Positions 8,677 to 18,763 of a stretch of DNA of 64,000 nucleotides are shown piece after piece (the first letter of the stretch is position 1; each line of letters begins with the position of its first letter). A model generated the notes under the pieces. It searched no databases. It saw nothing but the letters and a program-made list of their open reading frames with translations, and was not told the origin of the DNA. The position numbers and the translations under genes were made by a program. Origin of the DNA: Candidatus Caldarchaeum subterraneum (GTDB lineage: Archaea; Thermoproteota; Nitrososphaeria_A; Caldarchaeales; Caldarchaeaceae); NCBI GenBank assembly GCA_937934305.1, contig CALHAG010000023.1, forward strand, positions 14,466 to 78,465. Reading direction: 5' to 3'.

Positions 8677-9351
8677 GTGTTCAACCTCGGCAGCCTCTTA
8701 GCAGAGATGGTTCCACCCAACCCGGAGGTCGCTGCGGAGGCAGCGACAGCCTTGGCGGAAACCATTCAAATAGCATTTGTTGGAACAGTGCTGGGGTTTG
8801 TGTTTGCTCTACCTTTCTCGGCGCTGGCCATGCGCAACATCTTCCCACAGATTTTAACCACGGTCGTCAGAGCATTCTTCGGCTTTGTGCGCACCATTCC
8901 GGTCCTTTTCTGGGCTGTGTTCTTCGTCATAGCGGTGGGGCTTGGGCCACTTGCTGGCACTCTAGCCATAGCTGTATACACATTCGGCTATCTATCCAAA
9001 ATATACTACGAGGCATTCGAAGCAACTGACCCGGAGATACTCGACGCAATACGTGTGACAAAGGCCCCACGCATACTCATCCTCCGACACGCCATAATCC
9101 CAGAGTCGATGAACACAATCATAAGCCAGCTACTATTCATGTTCGAGTATAACATAAGGTCGTCAACAGTCCTCGGATTCGTTGGAGCAGGTGGAATCGG
9201 GCTACTCATGATAAGCTACATCGAGTCACTACAGTACAGCAGCCTAACAACAGCGCTTCTTTTCACCCTATTGACGGTTGTAGCCATAGACCTCCTAAGC
9301 GGATATCTCAGAAAACAATTCATACCAGGTTTCATACAAAAACCAAAATAA
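8677..9351 (+). CDS. phnE: Phosphonate-type ABC transporter permease (PhnE family); N-terminus apparently disrupted or non-canonical (see findings)
   Basis: 224 aa from GTG 8677. It shows the PhnE pattern MVPP...AETIQIAFVGTVLGFVFALPFS...RSSTVLGFVGAGGIG. The 33 codons upstream (8578..8676) are open in the same frame and encode the expected first TM helix, but contain no ATG/GTG/TTG. Confidence 0.75.
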   Translation: MFNLGSLLAEMVPPNPEVAAEAATALAETIQIAFVGTVLGFVFALPFSALAMRNIFPQILTTVVRAFFGFVRTIPVLFWAVFFVIAVGLGPLAGTLAIAVYTFGYLSKIYYEAFEATDPEILDAIRVTKAPRILILRHAIIPESMNTIISQLLFMFEYNIRSSTVLGFVGAGGIGLLMISYIESLQYSSLTTALLFTLLTVVAIDLLSGYLRKQFIPGFIQKPK

Positions 9352-9458
9352 GACACACGCTGATGATTTTTCTCAACCAAGAATAAATAAACCATGCAAC
9401 ACCAGCAACTTCGTACAGGTTACACCAGATATGGTTCAGATGCTAGACAACAGCGTCG

Positions 9459-10370
9459 TTATGCAACGAATAGGGGTTCAGAGTCTCTGATGACGCGTCC
9501 CTCTACGCCCTTGAGGGTGACGTAGTGTCTAGTCAATTCTTTAAGCGCTTCATGTGTTGCTCCGCTGTAGAACCTGAGGCCCTTAACCTCAGCCATCCTC
9601 AGCCTCTCATCCACCTCCCCCCGTCCGAGAGACGCGAAACCAGCTTCTTTAGAGCCGTAGAGAAACCCCCACACGGAGGAGAATGATACAACATAGGCGG
9701 CCAGCTCAGATACATGGGGGAATATTGTCTGCATCGTCTTTTTAATCGACTGGTAGGCGAGTGGCGTATGTGTCGGCGACGTGGCCTGAGTGGCTATTAC
9801 ACCGTTTTCCGAGAGTTTTGACAACAGAAGTTGATAGAATTCCGTCGTATATAGTTGATATGAGGGGCCTTGTTCGAGCGGGTCGGTGACATCGATTATG
9901 AAGACGTCAACACTGTCCTTAAGCTTCTCAGCGACCCAGGCCCTTCCATCCTCAAAAAACAGCCTAAGCCTAGAGTCGTTGAACGCGCCGGCCGAGAGCG
10001 AGGGTAAATGTTTTTGACAGAGTTCGACAACTTCTCTATCCAAGTCTATCATATATGCTTCTTCGACAGTCCGCCACCTGAGAACCTCCCTCAAAGTCGC
10101 ACCTTCTCCGCCCCCTATGATGACCACACGTTTAGGCGCCCCGTTTAGGCACATGGCGGGATGGACAAGGGTTTCATGGTAAATATGCTCGTCTAAAAGA
10201 GATGACTGCATTTTTCCATCGAGGAGCAAGCAACGGCCAAATGGTTCTGTTTCCAATATCTCGACCTTCTGGTAACGTGTTTTCCCACTGTAGATATGCC
10301 TGACCACCTTGTAGGACTCGAGCACGGACTCGCCTATCTGCTCCGTATACCAGTTTGACGGCTTATCCAT
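9459..10370 (-). CDS. speE: Spermidine synthase (aminopropyltransferase)
   Basis: 303 aa. Motifs VVIIGGGEGATLREVL, MIDLDREVV and IIDVTDP are characteristic of spermidine synthases. Confidence 0.9.
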   Translation of the reverse strand: MDKPSNWYTEQIGESVLESYKVVRHIYSGKTRYQKVEILETEPFGRCLLLDGKMQSSLLDEHIYHETLVHPAMCLNGAPKRVVIIGGGEGATLREVLRWRTVEEAYMIDLDREVVELCQKHLPSLSAGAFNDSRLRLFFEDGRAWVAEKLKDSVDVFIIDVTDPLEQGPSYQLYTTEFYQLLLSKLSENGVIATQATSPTHTPLAYQSIKKTMQTIFPHVSELAAYVVSFSSVWGFLYGSKEAGFASLGRGEVDERLRMAEVKGLRFYSGATHEALKELTRHYVTLKGVEGRVIRDSEPLFVA

Positions 10371-10803
10371 CTCGAATCGAGGCTTTCTGAAGCTGAAGGT
10401 TTTTTCTAGAAACGTTAAGTCCCCTGATTACCTCGAATGCTCCAACGTTCTCAGGCTCAAGCCTTGAAATGATGAGGTCGTAGGCCTTCCATGGGTCAAT
10501 GTTTTCTCCGCAGGTGTATATATCGAGGGCGGCATAGCCAAGCTCCGGCCAAGTATGTATCGAGATGTGGCTCTCCTTTAAGACAATTATCGCCGAGACG
10601 CCTTGCCCATCGTCAAACCTTTCAGAATACGTGCCCACAATAGTTGCACCGCTGGCGACAGCAGCCTTGGTCAACAAATCCTCGAGGAAATCCACATCGC
10701 TTAGTAGGAGCCTGTCACATCCGGTAAGCTCCAAAATCAGGTGTCTGCCAAGACCCTTCACATCCCGTGAAGGATTCCCAGCTTGGCCTCCCACCCTCAT
10801 CAA
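10363..10803 (-). CDS. speH: S-adenosylmethionine decarboxylase proenzyme (pyruvoyl-dependent, class 1)
   Basis: 146 aa with the self-processing motif LKESHISIHTWPE. Overlaps speE by 8 nt (operon speH-speE). Confidence 0.9.
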   Translation of the reverse strand: MMRVGGQAGNPSRDVKGLGRHLILELTGCDRLLLSDVDFLEDLLTKAAVASGATIVGTYSERFDDGQGVSAIIVLKESHISIHTWPELGYAALDIYTCGENIDPWKAYDLIISRLEPENVGAFEVIRGLNVSRKNLQLQKASIRDG

Positions 10804-11039
10804 ATTATGCCACTAAAAATGCTAATTTTAAGTTATCGAACCGATAGAACCTGCCTACCAAATAAAGCAACCAAACAAAACTCCGCCTCACCAGCTGCCG
10901 ATTCCTACATGATTTAGCCTAACAACGTTCCTCATCATGGCTCTCGCACCACTGTGGCAATAGATTTTTTGAGCAGATGCGTTGGGAAACAGTTTATCCC
11001 AGTGTTTCTCCATTGGTCGCGATAGCTGGATGCATACAG

Positions 11040-11990
11040 TTATTGGTGTAGAAAACAGGCAACCTTCCTCGAATTGTTATACTGGGTTAAAGTAGGTCTC
11101 ATTGCATAACATTTTTCGAAAGCATATGGACACCGTGGCGCAAACCTACATCCCGGCGATACATGGTCGCCTTCAACTTCTTTAACGCGAGGTCTCCAAC
11201 CTTTACGCGGGTCTGGGACGGATTCGATGAGGGCTTGAGTGTATGGATGGAGCGGGTTGTTAATGATCTCATGTGAAGGCCCCTCCTCCACGATTTCACC
11301 AGCATACATTACTGCAACTCGGTCGCTCATGTAATTGACGACCGCCAAGTCATGGGAAATAAACATCATAGAAAGCCTGTACTCGTTCTTTATCCTTTTC
11401 AAAAGTTCCAAAATACGCATCTGGGTCGAGACATCCAACGAAGAGGTTATCTCATCGGCTATCATGAGAGAGGGGCGGAGAGCAAGAGCCCTCGCGATAG
11501 CAACTCTTTGACGCTCGCCGCCGCTCAGCTGATGCGGATACCTCTTAGCATAGGTTTCATCCAATCCGACGGCCCGTAAAGCCTCTGAAATAGCTGATTC
11601 TTCATACAGCCCATGGAGTCTTAGCGGGTCGCCTATGATATCGCTTACTCTTCTACGCGGATTTAATGAAGAATATGGGTTTTGGAAAATTATCTGCATC
11701 CTCCTACGGGCATCAAATAGCTCTCTGTTGTTTAAGTGTGTGATGTCTTTGCCCATGAAAATTATTCGCCCCTTATCGGGTGTGTAAATTCTCGCAACTG
11801 TTCTCGCGAGGGTGCTTTTGCCGCATCCGCTTTCCCCAACTATCCCCAGAACCTCCTCCTCGCCTATTTGCACAGAAACATCTCGTAATGCATAGAAGCG
11901 TCTTGCCTCCTTGTTGAAAATGTCACGTAGACTGCGAGCAGGTTCTGAGAAAACCTTGCTGAGTCCGATAGCCTGAAGCATCTCATTCAC
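11040..11990 (-). CDS. Oligopeptide/dipeptide ABC transporter ATP-binding protein (OppF/DppF-like)
   Basis: 316 aa. Walker [10 protein letters not shown], signature [15 protein letters not shown], and the C-terminal peptide-ABC extension [12 protein letters not shown]...[14 protein letters not shown]. Confidence 0.9.
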   Translation of the reverse strand: MNEMLQAIGLSKVFSEPARSLRDIFNKEARRFYALRDVSVQIGEEEVLGIVGESGCGKSTLARTVARIYTPDKGRIIFMGKDITHLNNRELFDARRRMQIIFQNPYSSLNPRRRVSDIIGDPLRLHGLYEESAISEALRAVGLDETYAKRYPHQLSGGERQRVAIARALALRPSLMIADEITSSLDVSTQMRILELLKRIKNEYRLSMMFISHDLAVVNYMSDRVAVMYAGEIVEEGPSHEIINNPLHPYTQALIESVPDPRKGWRPRVKEVEGDHVSPGCRFAPRCPYAFEKCYAMRPTLTQYNNSRKVACFLHQ

Positions 11991-12775
11991 CTTATGAAGC
12001 TTTTTTCTATTGTGGGGATTGATGTCAACAGCGACAGAGTGTATTCATGTCTTGCGTCTTCAAAAACTCTGTCTGCATCCAAAACCTCAACGATCGATCC
12101 ATTGTTCATCACTGCTATTCTATCGCAGATGTTTAAAGCGAGTGCGAGGTTGTGTGTGATGAATATGATTGCTGTGTTGTATTGCCGCTGTATCTGTTTC
12201 ATCAGGTTTATGACGAGGGCCTGTGTAATCACGTCTAAGGCCGTGGTAGGCTCGTCGGCTATTACGAGAGAGGGCTCACATGCAAAGGCAATAGCTATCA
12301 TTACACGCTGGCACATGCCGCCGCTTATCTGATGGGGGTATTTGTGCAAAACCTTCTCGGGTGATGTGATGCCGACTTTTTTCAAAAGTTCCACAGCCCT
12401 TTCCTCAGCCTCCTTGGATGTAAGTCCGAGATGCAGTTTCATGATGTCGGTTATCTGGTCTTTGATTTTGAACGAAGGGTTGAGAGAGGTTACTGGGTCC
12501 TGCTGTATTAGGGTAATCTCTTTCCCCCTTATTTTTCGCATAGCCTTCTCATGGATGGATAGTAGATCATTTCCCTTGAAGAGAATTTTTCCGGCCGCCT
12601 CGGCTTCAGGTGGCAGAAGCCTGATTATGGCTTTTCCTGTTAGAGATTTGCCAGCCCCTGATTCGCCGACCAGTCCAAAAACTTCCCCCGACTCTACCTC
12701 GAAAGACACATTTTTCACCACGGGTTTTCCGAAAATCTTTATGTTTAGTTCACGCACCTCAAGCAGCTTTGTCAT
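11987..12775 (-). CDS. Oligopeptide/dipeptide ABC transporter ATP-binding protein (OppD/DppD-like, short form)
   Basis: 262 aa. Walker [10 protein letters not shown], signature [14 protein letters not shown], Walker [13 protein letters not shown]. It ends soon after [12 protein letters not shown]. 4-nt overlaps with both neighbours. Confidence 0.85.
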   Translation of the reverse strand: MTKLLEVRELNIKIFGKPVVKNVSFEVESGEVFGLVGESGAGKSLTGKAIIRLLPPEAEAAGKILFKGNDLLSIHEKAMRKIRGKEITLIQQDPVTSLNPSFKIKDQITDIMKLHLGLTSKEAEERAVELLKKVGITSPEKVLHKYPHQISGGMCQRVMIAIAFACEPSLVIADEPTTALDVITQALVINLMKQIQRQYNTAIIFITHNLALALNICDRIAVMNNGSIVEVLDADRVFEDARHEYTLSLLTSIPTIEKSFIR

Positions 12776-13635
12776 CTAATCACCATAAGCCGGGGGTCTA
12801 TTTTTTCGCGGAGGACTTCGCCGAGTATGTTTAGGCTGAGAATTACGGCTATTGTCGCGGACAGAGGGAACAGGACTCCATATGGGTTTGTGCGGAAATA
12901 GTTCAGCCCGTCGGCGAGCATAGTACCCCATGAGGAGGTTGTTGGCCTGACTCCAAGGCCTACAAAGCTGAGCAGAACCTCAACCGATATTGCGATGCCC
13001 ATTTCAAGAGTGGTAATAATGATGAATGTAGGCAAAATGTTTGGGAAAATTTCCTTCCACATGATGTAATTAGGTGAGAATCCAATTGTCTGCGCGGCGG
13101 TGACGAAATCTTTTTCGCGAATAGATAAGACCTCGGAGCGCAATACTCGCGTAAATCTTGTCCAATCAACCAATGCGACAGCGAGAACGACGTTGTTTAA
13201 ATCCACACCCAAGACGCTTATCAAGACTATTGCCAGAATAATCGGGGGGAACGACATCCAGATATCGACGACCCGCATTAACAGGTCGTCAACCTTGCCC
13301 CTGAAATATCCTGCAGTGATTCCTAAAACAATTCCTATAGTGGCTGTTAAAGCGGTTGCGGCTACTGCAACATATAGTGCCACGGACGCTCCGTGAAGAA
13401 GTCTGCTCAAAACATCCCGTCCAAGACTGTCTGTTCCCAGCGGATGGGCCAGTTCTCCACCATCTACCCAGAAAGGCGGCAAACCAATCGCATTTAGATT
13501 CTGTTTGTTTGGGTCGGGTAACGGTAAAAATGGAGCGGATAAACCCGCTGCAAAAAAGAACACGAGAACGGCTGTGCTGATGACGGCTTTCTTGGACTTT
13601 AACAGAAGCCTAGCCTGTATAGTTGCTGTAGTCAT
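12772..13635 (-). CDS. Oligopeptide ABC transporter permease (OppC/DppC-like)
   Basis: 287 aa and polytopic. Contains the N-terminal HPLGTDSLGRDVLSRLLHG motif typical of OppC-type permeases. Confidence 0.85.
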   Translation of the reverse strand: MTTATIQARLLLKSKKAVISTAVLVFFFAAGLSAPFLPLPDPNKQNLNAIGLPPFWVDGGELAHPLGTDSLGRDVLSRLLHGASVALYVAVAATALTATIGIVLGITAGYFRGKVDDLLMRVVDIWMSFPPIILAIVLISVLGVDLNNVVLAVALVDWTRFTRVLRSEVLSIREKDFVTAAQTIGFSPNYIMWKEIFPNILPTFIIITTLEMGIAISVEVLLSFVGLGVRPTTSSWGTMLADGLNYFRTNPYGVLFPLSATIAVILSLNILGEVLREKIDPRLMVIR

Positions 13636-14639
13636 TTGAACTCGACCTTTGGATTGATGTATGTGTAGAGTATGTCGACCAAAAAGTTGACCGTTATTGT
13701 GATAAAGGTATAGAACATCAAAATTCCCTGCACAAGTGTATAGTCTCTGTATTGCACCGCTGTAAATAATAGGTTACCCATGCCGGGCCATCCGAATATT
13801 CTTTCCACGATTGCACTTCCGCCTAGGAGGAAAGTGAATTGTACGCCCGTGAGCGTGATGACAGGCATCAACGCGTTCTTTAGGCTGCGGACGAAGATAA
13901 TGTAGAGTTCGCTGTGTCCCTTCATTCTATCAGTTAGGATATAATCCTCTCTAAGCACCTCAAGCATGCTTGACCTCAATGTCCTTTGAATGAATGCAGT
14001 CATGCCAATTGCAAGTGATATCGCTGGCAGTGTTATGTGTTGTAGAGCGTTGAAAAATCCATCGATGTTTCCCGTTATAAGAGCATCAATTAGATAGAAG
14101 CCTGTCACCGTTTGAATGTTCACACCTATGTCTACCCGGCCTGATGCAGGAAACATTTTCAGAATTGCGGCGAAAAAAATGACGAAAATTATTGCCCAGA
14201 GAAAATGTGGAATAGCCAACCCAGAAATTGTTAGGGCTTGAATAACTGTGTTGACCCGCTGTCTGACAGCTGCCACGACACCCGTAATCACCCCGAAAAA
14301 CACGGCTATCATTAGAGTAAACAGCACAAGCTCAACCGTGGCGGGGAGTCTCTCAAAGATTAAAGATGACACGCTCGACCCATACCTAAATGATGTCCCC
14401 AAGTTTAGGGATAAGAGGTCAGCAACCCAGTAAAGATACTGTATGATTAACGGCTGGTCCAACTTGAAATATGCCTTCAGCTGTGCTATGTATTCCTCGG
14501 TCACACCGGGTCCAACCATTAAAGATACGGGGTCGCCGGGAATTATGCGGAAAATTAGAAAAGCTACTAAGGATGTCCCTAGCAGCGCGGCAGCCATTTG
14601 TAGAATTCGTTTGAATAAATAGTAGGAAGTTATCGCCAT
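13632..14639 (-). CDS. Oligopeptide ABC transporter permease (OppB/DppB-like)
   Basis: Polytopic, beginning MAITSYYLFKRILQ. I place the start at the ATG at 14639, which shares one base with the TAA stop of the binding-protein gene (TAATG). The track start at 14669 would overlap that gene by 31 nt. Confidence 0.8.
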   Translation of the reverse strand: MAITSYYLFKRILQMAAALLGTSLVAFLIFRIIPGDPVSLMVGPGVTEEYIAQLKAYFKLDQPLIIQYLYWVADLLSLNLGTSFRYGSSVSSLIFERLPATVELVLFTLMIAVFFGVITGVVAAVRQRVNTVIQALTISGLAIPHFLWAIIFVIFFAAILKMFPASGRVDIGVNIQTVTGFYLIDALITGNIDGFFNALQHITLPAISLAIGMTAFIQRTLRSSMLEVLREDYILTDRMKGHSELYIIFVRSLKNALMPVITLTGVQFTFLLGGSAIVERIFGWPGMGNLLFTAVQYRDYTLVQGILMFYTFITITVNFLVDILYTYINPKVEFK

Positions 14640-16342
14640 TAGTAGCTCATGTAGTAGGGTAGAACCCATCCCTGCGGCCAGGGGTCGTATTTCACGTCTC
14701 TCTTCATTATGTGAAGCTGAGCCAGCTGATACAAGGGTATGACCAGGCCTTTCTCAACCACCCAACGTGCTGCTTGGCGAGCTGCGGCTATCCTCTTCTC
14801 CTCATCTTTCTCTAGGAAGACTGGGTTAATCACCTCTGTCGCTTGGTTCATCAGCCCAGAGTAATCTGTTAAGTTTGCGGCCTTTAGACCGCGCCATGTT
14901 GAGAATGGTGAATTCGGCCACTGAGAGTGCCCGACCGAGTTTATCGGGTCACCTGTGGCGTTGGACCAGACGTAGAAGTGTGCATGCTTCATTTTGCCAG
15001 TGTTACGCATCTCAAAGTGTTGGGCTATAGTTATTACCTCTAGCTGAGCCTCTATACCAACTTCAGCCCACATAGCGACAATGGCCTGCATCACTTCATA
15101 GTCGCGGGGGAAGGAGCCTTTGAAGGTTGCCACAGTGATTTTGACAGGGTTTGACTTGGAATAGCCGGATTTCGACAATAGCTCTGCCGCCTTCGCAGGA
15201 TCATATGGGAATTTGAAGTCAGGGTCATAGGCTCGGTATCCAGGTGCCTCAGTGGTGTGAACCACTCGGGCGTGACCTCTAAGTATGTTATTGATTATCG
15301 CCTCTTTGTCGATAGCATAGTGCATGGCGAGACGCACGTTTTCATCACCTGTTTCGGGATAATATGTCGGTATCATGAGTATTGCTACATCGGTTACCAG
15401 TTGTGACACTCCTTTAAGCCCCTGTAGACTGGATAGTCGCTGAAAATCGTTTATGTCCACCTCTAGAGTATAGTCTGATGTGCCAGCCTCCACCTCAACA
15501 GCTCTCGACCGCGGGTCTAGAACCTCCTTGAAAACAACCTCCTTGATGGCCGCGGCCCCTCTCCAATAATCATCAAACCTCTCAAGCTCCAGTATGCCGG
15601 GTCGATATGACTTTACCTTATAGGGACCGCTTCCCACTGGGTTTTTCCCAAACTCGTCAGGACCCACGCGCTCCCAAACATGCTTCGGGACAACGAAGGC
15701 ATCAAGGAAACCCATCCAAGCTATGATTGATGGGTCAAACCTGCTTAAAGTCAGCCTCACCAGACTAGGGTTTACAACCTGTATATCGCTGATCACCCCC
15801 CATACACCTGCATACGCGTTGGGAGGAGTTTTCATGGTAGCTAGGCTGAAGGCGACGTCTTCGGCGGTCAGCTCGGTTCCATCGTGGAATTTGATACCTT
15901 TTCTAACTCTGAGATCTAACGAGGTTTTCTCGGCACCCCATTCCCAGCTCTCTACAACACCCGGAACCTGTAGAAGGTCTCTCGTCTGCGATAGAAAACG
16001 GTCATAGATGGTTGCCATCGGAGACTCGACGGGGATGTTTCTGCTGAAGCGGTAGGGGTTAAGTGTCACAATCTCAAAGGGCCACGCTATGACGAGACGT
16101 GTGGGCCGCGCTGCCGCTGTCTCAGTCACAGTGGTTATCACAGTGGTTGGCTGAGTAACCGTTTGAGTCCTTGTTACGGTAGCGGTCTGTGCTGCTTGAG
16201 TAACTGTGCGCTCTATTATTCTAGACCCAGAGCTGCCGAGAAAATATCCACCCACGCCGAATATAACCGCCGAAGCAACACCCACACCAACAGTCGATAA
16301 AAAGTTACGCCGAGTTGATTTATCTGCCATGACGTTCATCAA
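14639..16342 (-). CDS. Oligopeptide ABC transporter substrate-binding protein (SBP family 5)
   Basis: 567 aa. N-terminal anchor RRNFLSTVGVGVASAVIFGV, then a Thr-rich linker (TQAAQTATVTRTQTVTQPTTVITTVTET), then a family-5 SBP body (GSGPYKVKSY, FDDYW). First gene of the five-gene operon. Confidence 0.85.
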   Translation of the reverse strand: MMNVMADKSTRRNFLSTVGVGVASAVIFGVGGYFLGSSGSRIIERTVTQAAQTATVTRTQTVTQPTTVITTVTETAAARPTRLVIAWPFEIVTLNPYRFSRNIPVESPMATIYDRFLSQTRDLLQVPGVVESWEWGAEKTSLDLRVRKGIKFHDGTELTAEDVAFSLATMKTPPNAYAGVWGVISDIQVVNPSLVRLTLSRFDPSIIAWMGFLDAFVVPKHVWERVGPDEFGKNPVGSGPYKVKSYRPGILELERFDDYWRGAAAIKEVVFKEVLDPRSRAVEVEAGTSDYTLEVDINDFQRLSSLQGLKGVSQLVTDVAILMIPTYYPETGDENVRLAMHYAIDKEAIINNILRGHARVVHTTEAPGYRAYDPDFKFPYDPAKAAELLSKSGYSKSNPVKITVATFKGSFPRDYEVMQAIVAMWAEVGIEAQLEVITIAQHFEMRNTGKMKHAHFYVWSNATGDPINSVGHSQWPNSPFSTWRGLKAANLTDYSGLMNQATEVINPVFLEKDEEKRIAAARQAARWVVEKGLVIPLYQLAQLHIMKRDVKYDPWPQGWVLPYYMSY

Positions 16343-16388
16343 CCCCCTAACCGCATATTTATAGCTTTCCCATAATGGTTAGAATATA

Positions 16389-17174
16389 ATGAGAAATTTT
16401 ATCAACACACCAAAGGGACAGATACATTATCGCTGGTCTGGGGAAGGTGAACCTGTAGTGCTGCTGCATCAGACGCCGCGCTCATCAGACGAGTATCTCG
16501 AAGTACTGCCGCTGCTTGGGAAAAAATTCAGAGCAATCGCGATGGACACAATAGGATTCGGCGACTCCTACAGGTTTGAAGGAGAGATGACGATTGAGAG
16601 GCTGGCCGAAGGCGTGATCGAGTTAATCGAAGCTCTCGGATTAAACCGCGTATCGCTTGTAGGGCATCACACAGGTGCTGTGATAGCGATAGAAGTTGCA
16701 GCCACTCATCCCCAATTGGTTGAGAAATTGGTCCTATCGGGCTGCCCATACATAGACGCAGATGAAAGAGAGAAACGTAGAAACAAACACGTCATAGACG
16801 CCTATGTTTCTAAGATGGATGGCTCACACCTGCTTGAATTATGGCGAGGTCGGCAACCTTACTACCCACCCGATAGGCCTGACATCCTTGACCGCTTCAT
16901 AATAGACGCATTGAAGGCTGGACCGAACGCTGCGGCGGGGCATGTAGCCGTCTCCCGCTACGTCATGGAGGAGAAAATTACAAAAATCAAATGTCCAACG
17001 CTGATAATAGTTGGAACAGCAGACCCATTCGCCGCTGCCCATCTATCCAAGTTAAAGCAAAGCATCAGACACGCCGAAGTGGTTGAAATAGAGGGTGGAA
17101 CAGTAGCTCTGCTGGAGCAGAAGCCGCATGAATTCGCCGAAGCTGTCATAAAATTTTTGGAAAACACTGATTAG
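16389..17174 (+). CDS. Alpha/beta-hydrolase-fold protein with non-canonical active-site positions
   Basis: 261 aa with typical fold landmarks (VVLLHQTPRSS, GFGDS, PTLIIVGTADPF). The nucleophile elbow reads VGHHTGA instead of G-x-S/D-x-G. The usual late GH reads GGT. Confidence 0.7.
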   Translation: MRNFINTPKGQIHYRWSGEGEPVVLLHQTPRSSDEYLEVLPLLGKKFRAIAMDTIGFGDSYRFEGEMTIERLAEGVIELIEALGLNRVSLVGHHTGAVIAIEVAATHPQLVEKLVLSGCPYIDADEREKRRNKHVIDAYVSKMDGSHLLELWRGRQPYYPPDRPDILDRFIIDALKAGPNAAAGHVAVSRYVMEEKITKIKCPTLIIVGTADPFAAAHLSKLKQSIRHAEVVEIEGGTVALLEQKPHEFAEAVIKFLENTD

Positions 17175-17176
17175 CC

Positions 17177-18763
17177 ATGTACGAGGAGTGGGAAAAAATC
17201 ACAACTTTAGCCGAACTGTTCAGTAAAAAGGCTCGTAAAAATGGTGACAAAACCGCGGTCATCACGGATGATAAACAAGTGACATATGAACAGCTTGACA
17301 ACATCTCCTCTAACGTGGCAGGAGGATTTCGGAGTCTCGGCGTATCAAAAGGGGACAAAGTTGTGATATTCATGCCAAACTCTCTGGAGTTCCTCTATAT
17401 CTGGTTCAGCCTCATGAAGCTCGGCGCAGTAGCTGTCCCTCTGAACATTTCTCTGAAAGGCCCTCTTCTAAAATATCAAATCAACGATTCAGATGCTAAA
17501 GTAGCGGTGGTAGATAAACAGCTCCTACCTCAATATCTAGAGATAAAAAATTCACTCGAAAAAATCACTGTACATCTGACCAATGAGGAGAATGCGGATG
17601 GATTCCTGCACATAGATATTCTCACAGAATCCGACAAACCAGTGGAAAAAAATGAAACAGTTCACCCATCAGACCCAGCCACCATAATGTACACTTCAGG
17701 CACGACTGGGCCGCCCAAAGGTGTTGTCCTGCCTCATAACGCCTACATAAACACGGCCCACATGAACGCTTCAATAGCGGAAGCACGTGAAGGTGATATT
17801 TTCTACAGCACAGTACCGTTCTTCCACACAAGCGGACAGCTGCAGATAATACTGCCTGCTCTTATCAACGACCTCACCGCAGCCTTTGACCCATGGTTTC
17901 ATGCCTCACAGTTTTGGCAAAATGCTGTAAAATATCGCGCGACGGTTATTTTCCTCATCAGCTCCATGGTCAACATTTTGCTGAAGCAACCGGCTAGTGA
18001 GTATGATAGAAGTCACTTTGTAAGAGTAGCTATGACAGGGGGAGCGACGAAAGATACGTGGCCCATATTTGAGAAAAGATTTGGTGTGCGGGTTCTCGAG
18101 GGGTTTGGAATGACTGAGACATGCGCCATAGCCATATTCAATCGAGGAAACGATGTTAGGGTGGGCTCGGTCGGTAAGCCTTTGCCTTACTTTGAGGCAA
18201 GAATAGTTGACGACGAAGACAACGAGCTTCCTCCGGGAAAGGTCGGAGAACTTGTGATTAGGCCCCGTAAACCCTATGTCATGATGCTTGAATACTACAA
18301 GAAACCTGATGAGACGGTGAAGGCTTGGAGGAATCTTTGGTTCCACACAGGTGACTTGTTCTACCGGGATGAGGACGGCTTCTTCTACATAGTAGGTCGG
18401 AAAAAGGAGTCCATCAGGCGGAGGGGTGAAAACATATCGCCTTACGAGATTGAGAGTGTGGTCAACGAGCATCCATCTGTGCTCGAGTCGGCCGCTGTCG
18501 GTGTCCCATCGGAATTAGGTGACGAAGATGTCAAGGTTTTCATAAAACTCAAGCCCGGAACTCAATTAGATTTCATGGAGTTTATCAAGTGGTGCGACAA
18601 TAAACTACCCTACTACATGGTTCCGAGGTACGTCGAGATTGTTGATGAGCTGCCTAAGACACCTACTCAGCGAATTCAAAGATTTCTTCTGAAGGAAAGG
18701 GGGGTTGGAAATGCCTTCGACGCTTTTAAAGCAGGCTACAGGCCCAAGAAGCCGGTTACTTGA
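17177..18763 (+). CDS. AMP-dependent synthetase/ligase (acyl-CoA synthetase family)
   Basis: 528 aa. AMP-binding motif MYTSGTTGPPKGV, plus TETC and GDLFYRDEDGFFYIVGRKKESIRRRGENISPYEIE. Confidence 0.9.
   Translation: MYEEWEKITTLAELFSKKARKNGDKTAVITDDKQVTYEQLDNISSNVAGGFRSLGVSKGDKVVIFMPNSLEFLYIWFSLMKLGAVAVPLNISLKGPLLKYQINDSDAKVAVVDKQLLPQYLEIKNSLEKITVHLTNEENADGFLHIDILTESDKPVEKNETVHPSDPATIMYTSGTTGPPKGVVLPHNAYINTAHMNASIAEAREGDIFYSTVPFFHTSGQLQIILPALINDLTAAFDPWFHASQFWQNAVKYRATVIFLISSMVNILLKQPASEYDRSHFVRVAMTGGATKDTWPIFEKRFGVRVLEGFGMTETCAIAIFNRGNDVRVGSVGKPLPYFEARIVDDEDNELPPGKVGELVIRPRKPYVMMLEYYKKPDETVKAWRNLWFHTGDLFYRDEDGFFYIVGRKKESIRRRGENISPYEIESVVNEHPSVLESAAVGVPSELGDEDVKVFIKLKPGTQLDFMEFIKWCDNKLPYYMVPRYVEIVDELPKTPTQRIQRFLLKERGVGNAFDAFKAGYRPKKPVT

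Noticed and set aside
10885-10941. Possible C/D-box sRNA on the minus strand of the speH/opp spacer. It reads gcc-AUGAUGA-N14-CUAA-auc-AUGUAGGA-N11-GUGA-ggc, with a 3-bp terminal stem and a length of about 57 nt.
   Set aside because: Only the C box is canonical. The D box (GUGA or CUGG), D' (CUAA) and C' (UGUAGGA) are all degenerate, and the first spacer is 14 nt rather than 12. This is too weak without a target match or conservation. It could be revisited with a covariance model and a search for rRNA/tRNA complementarity.
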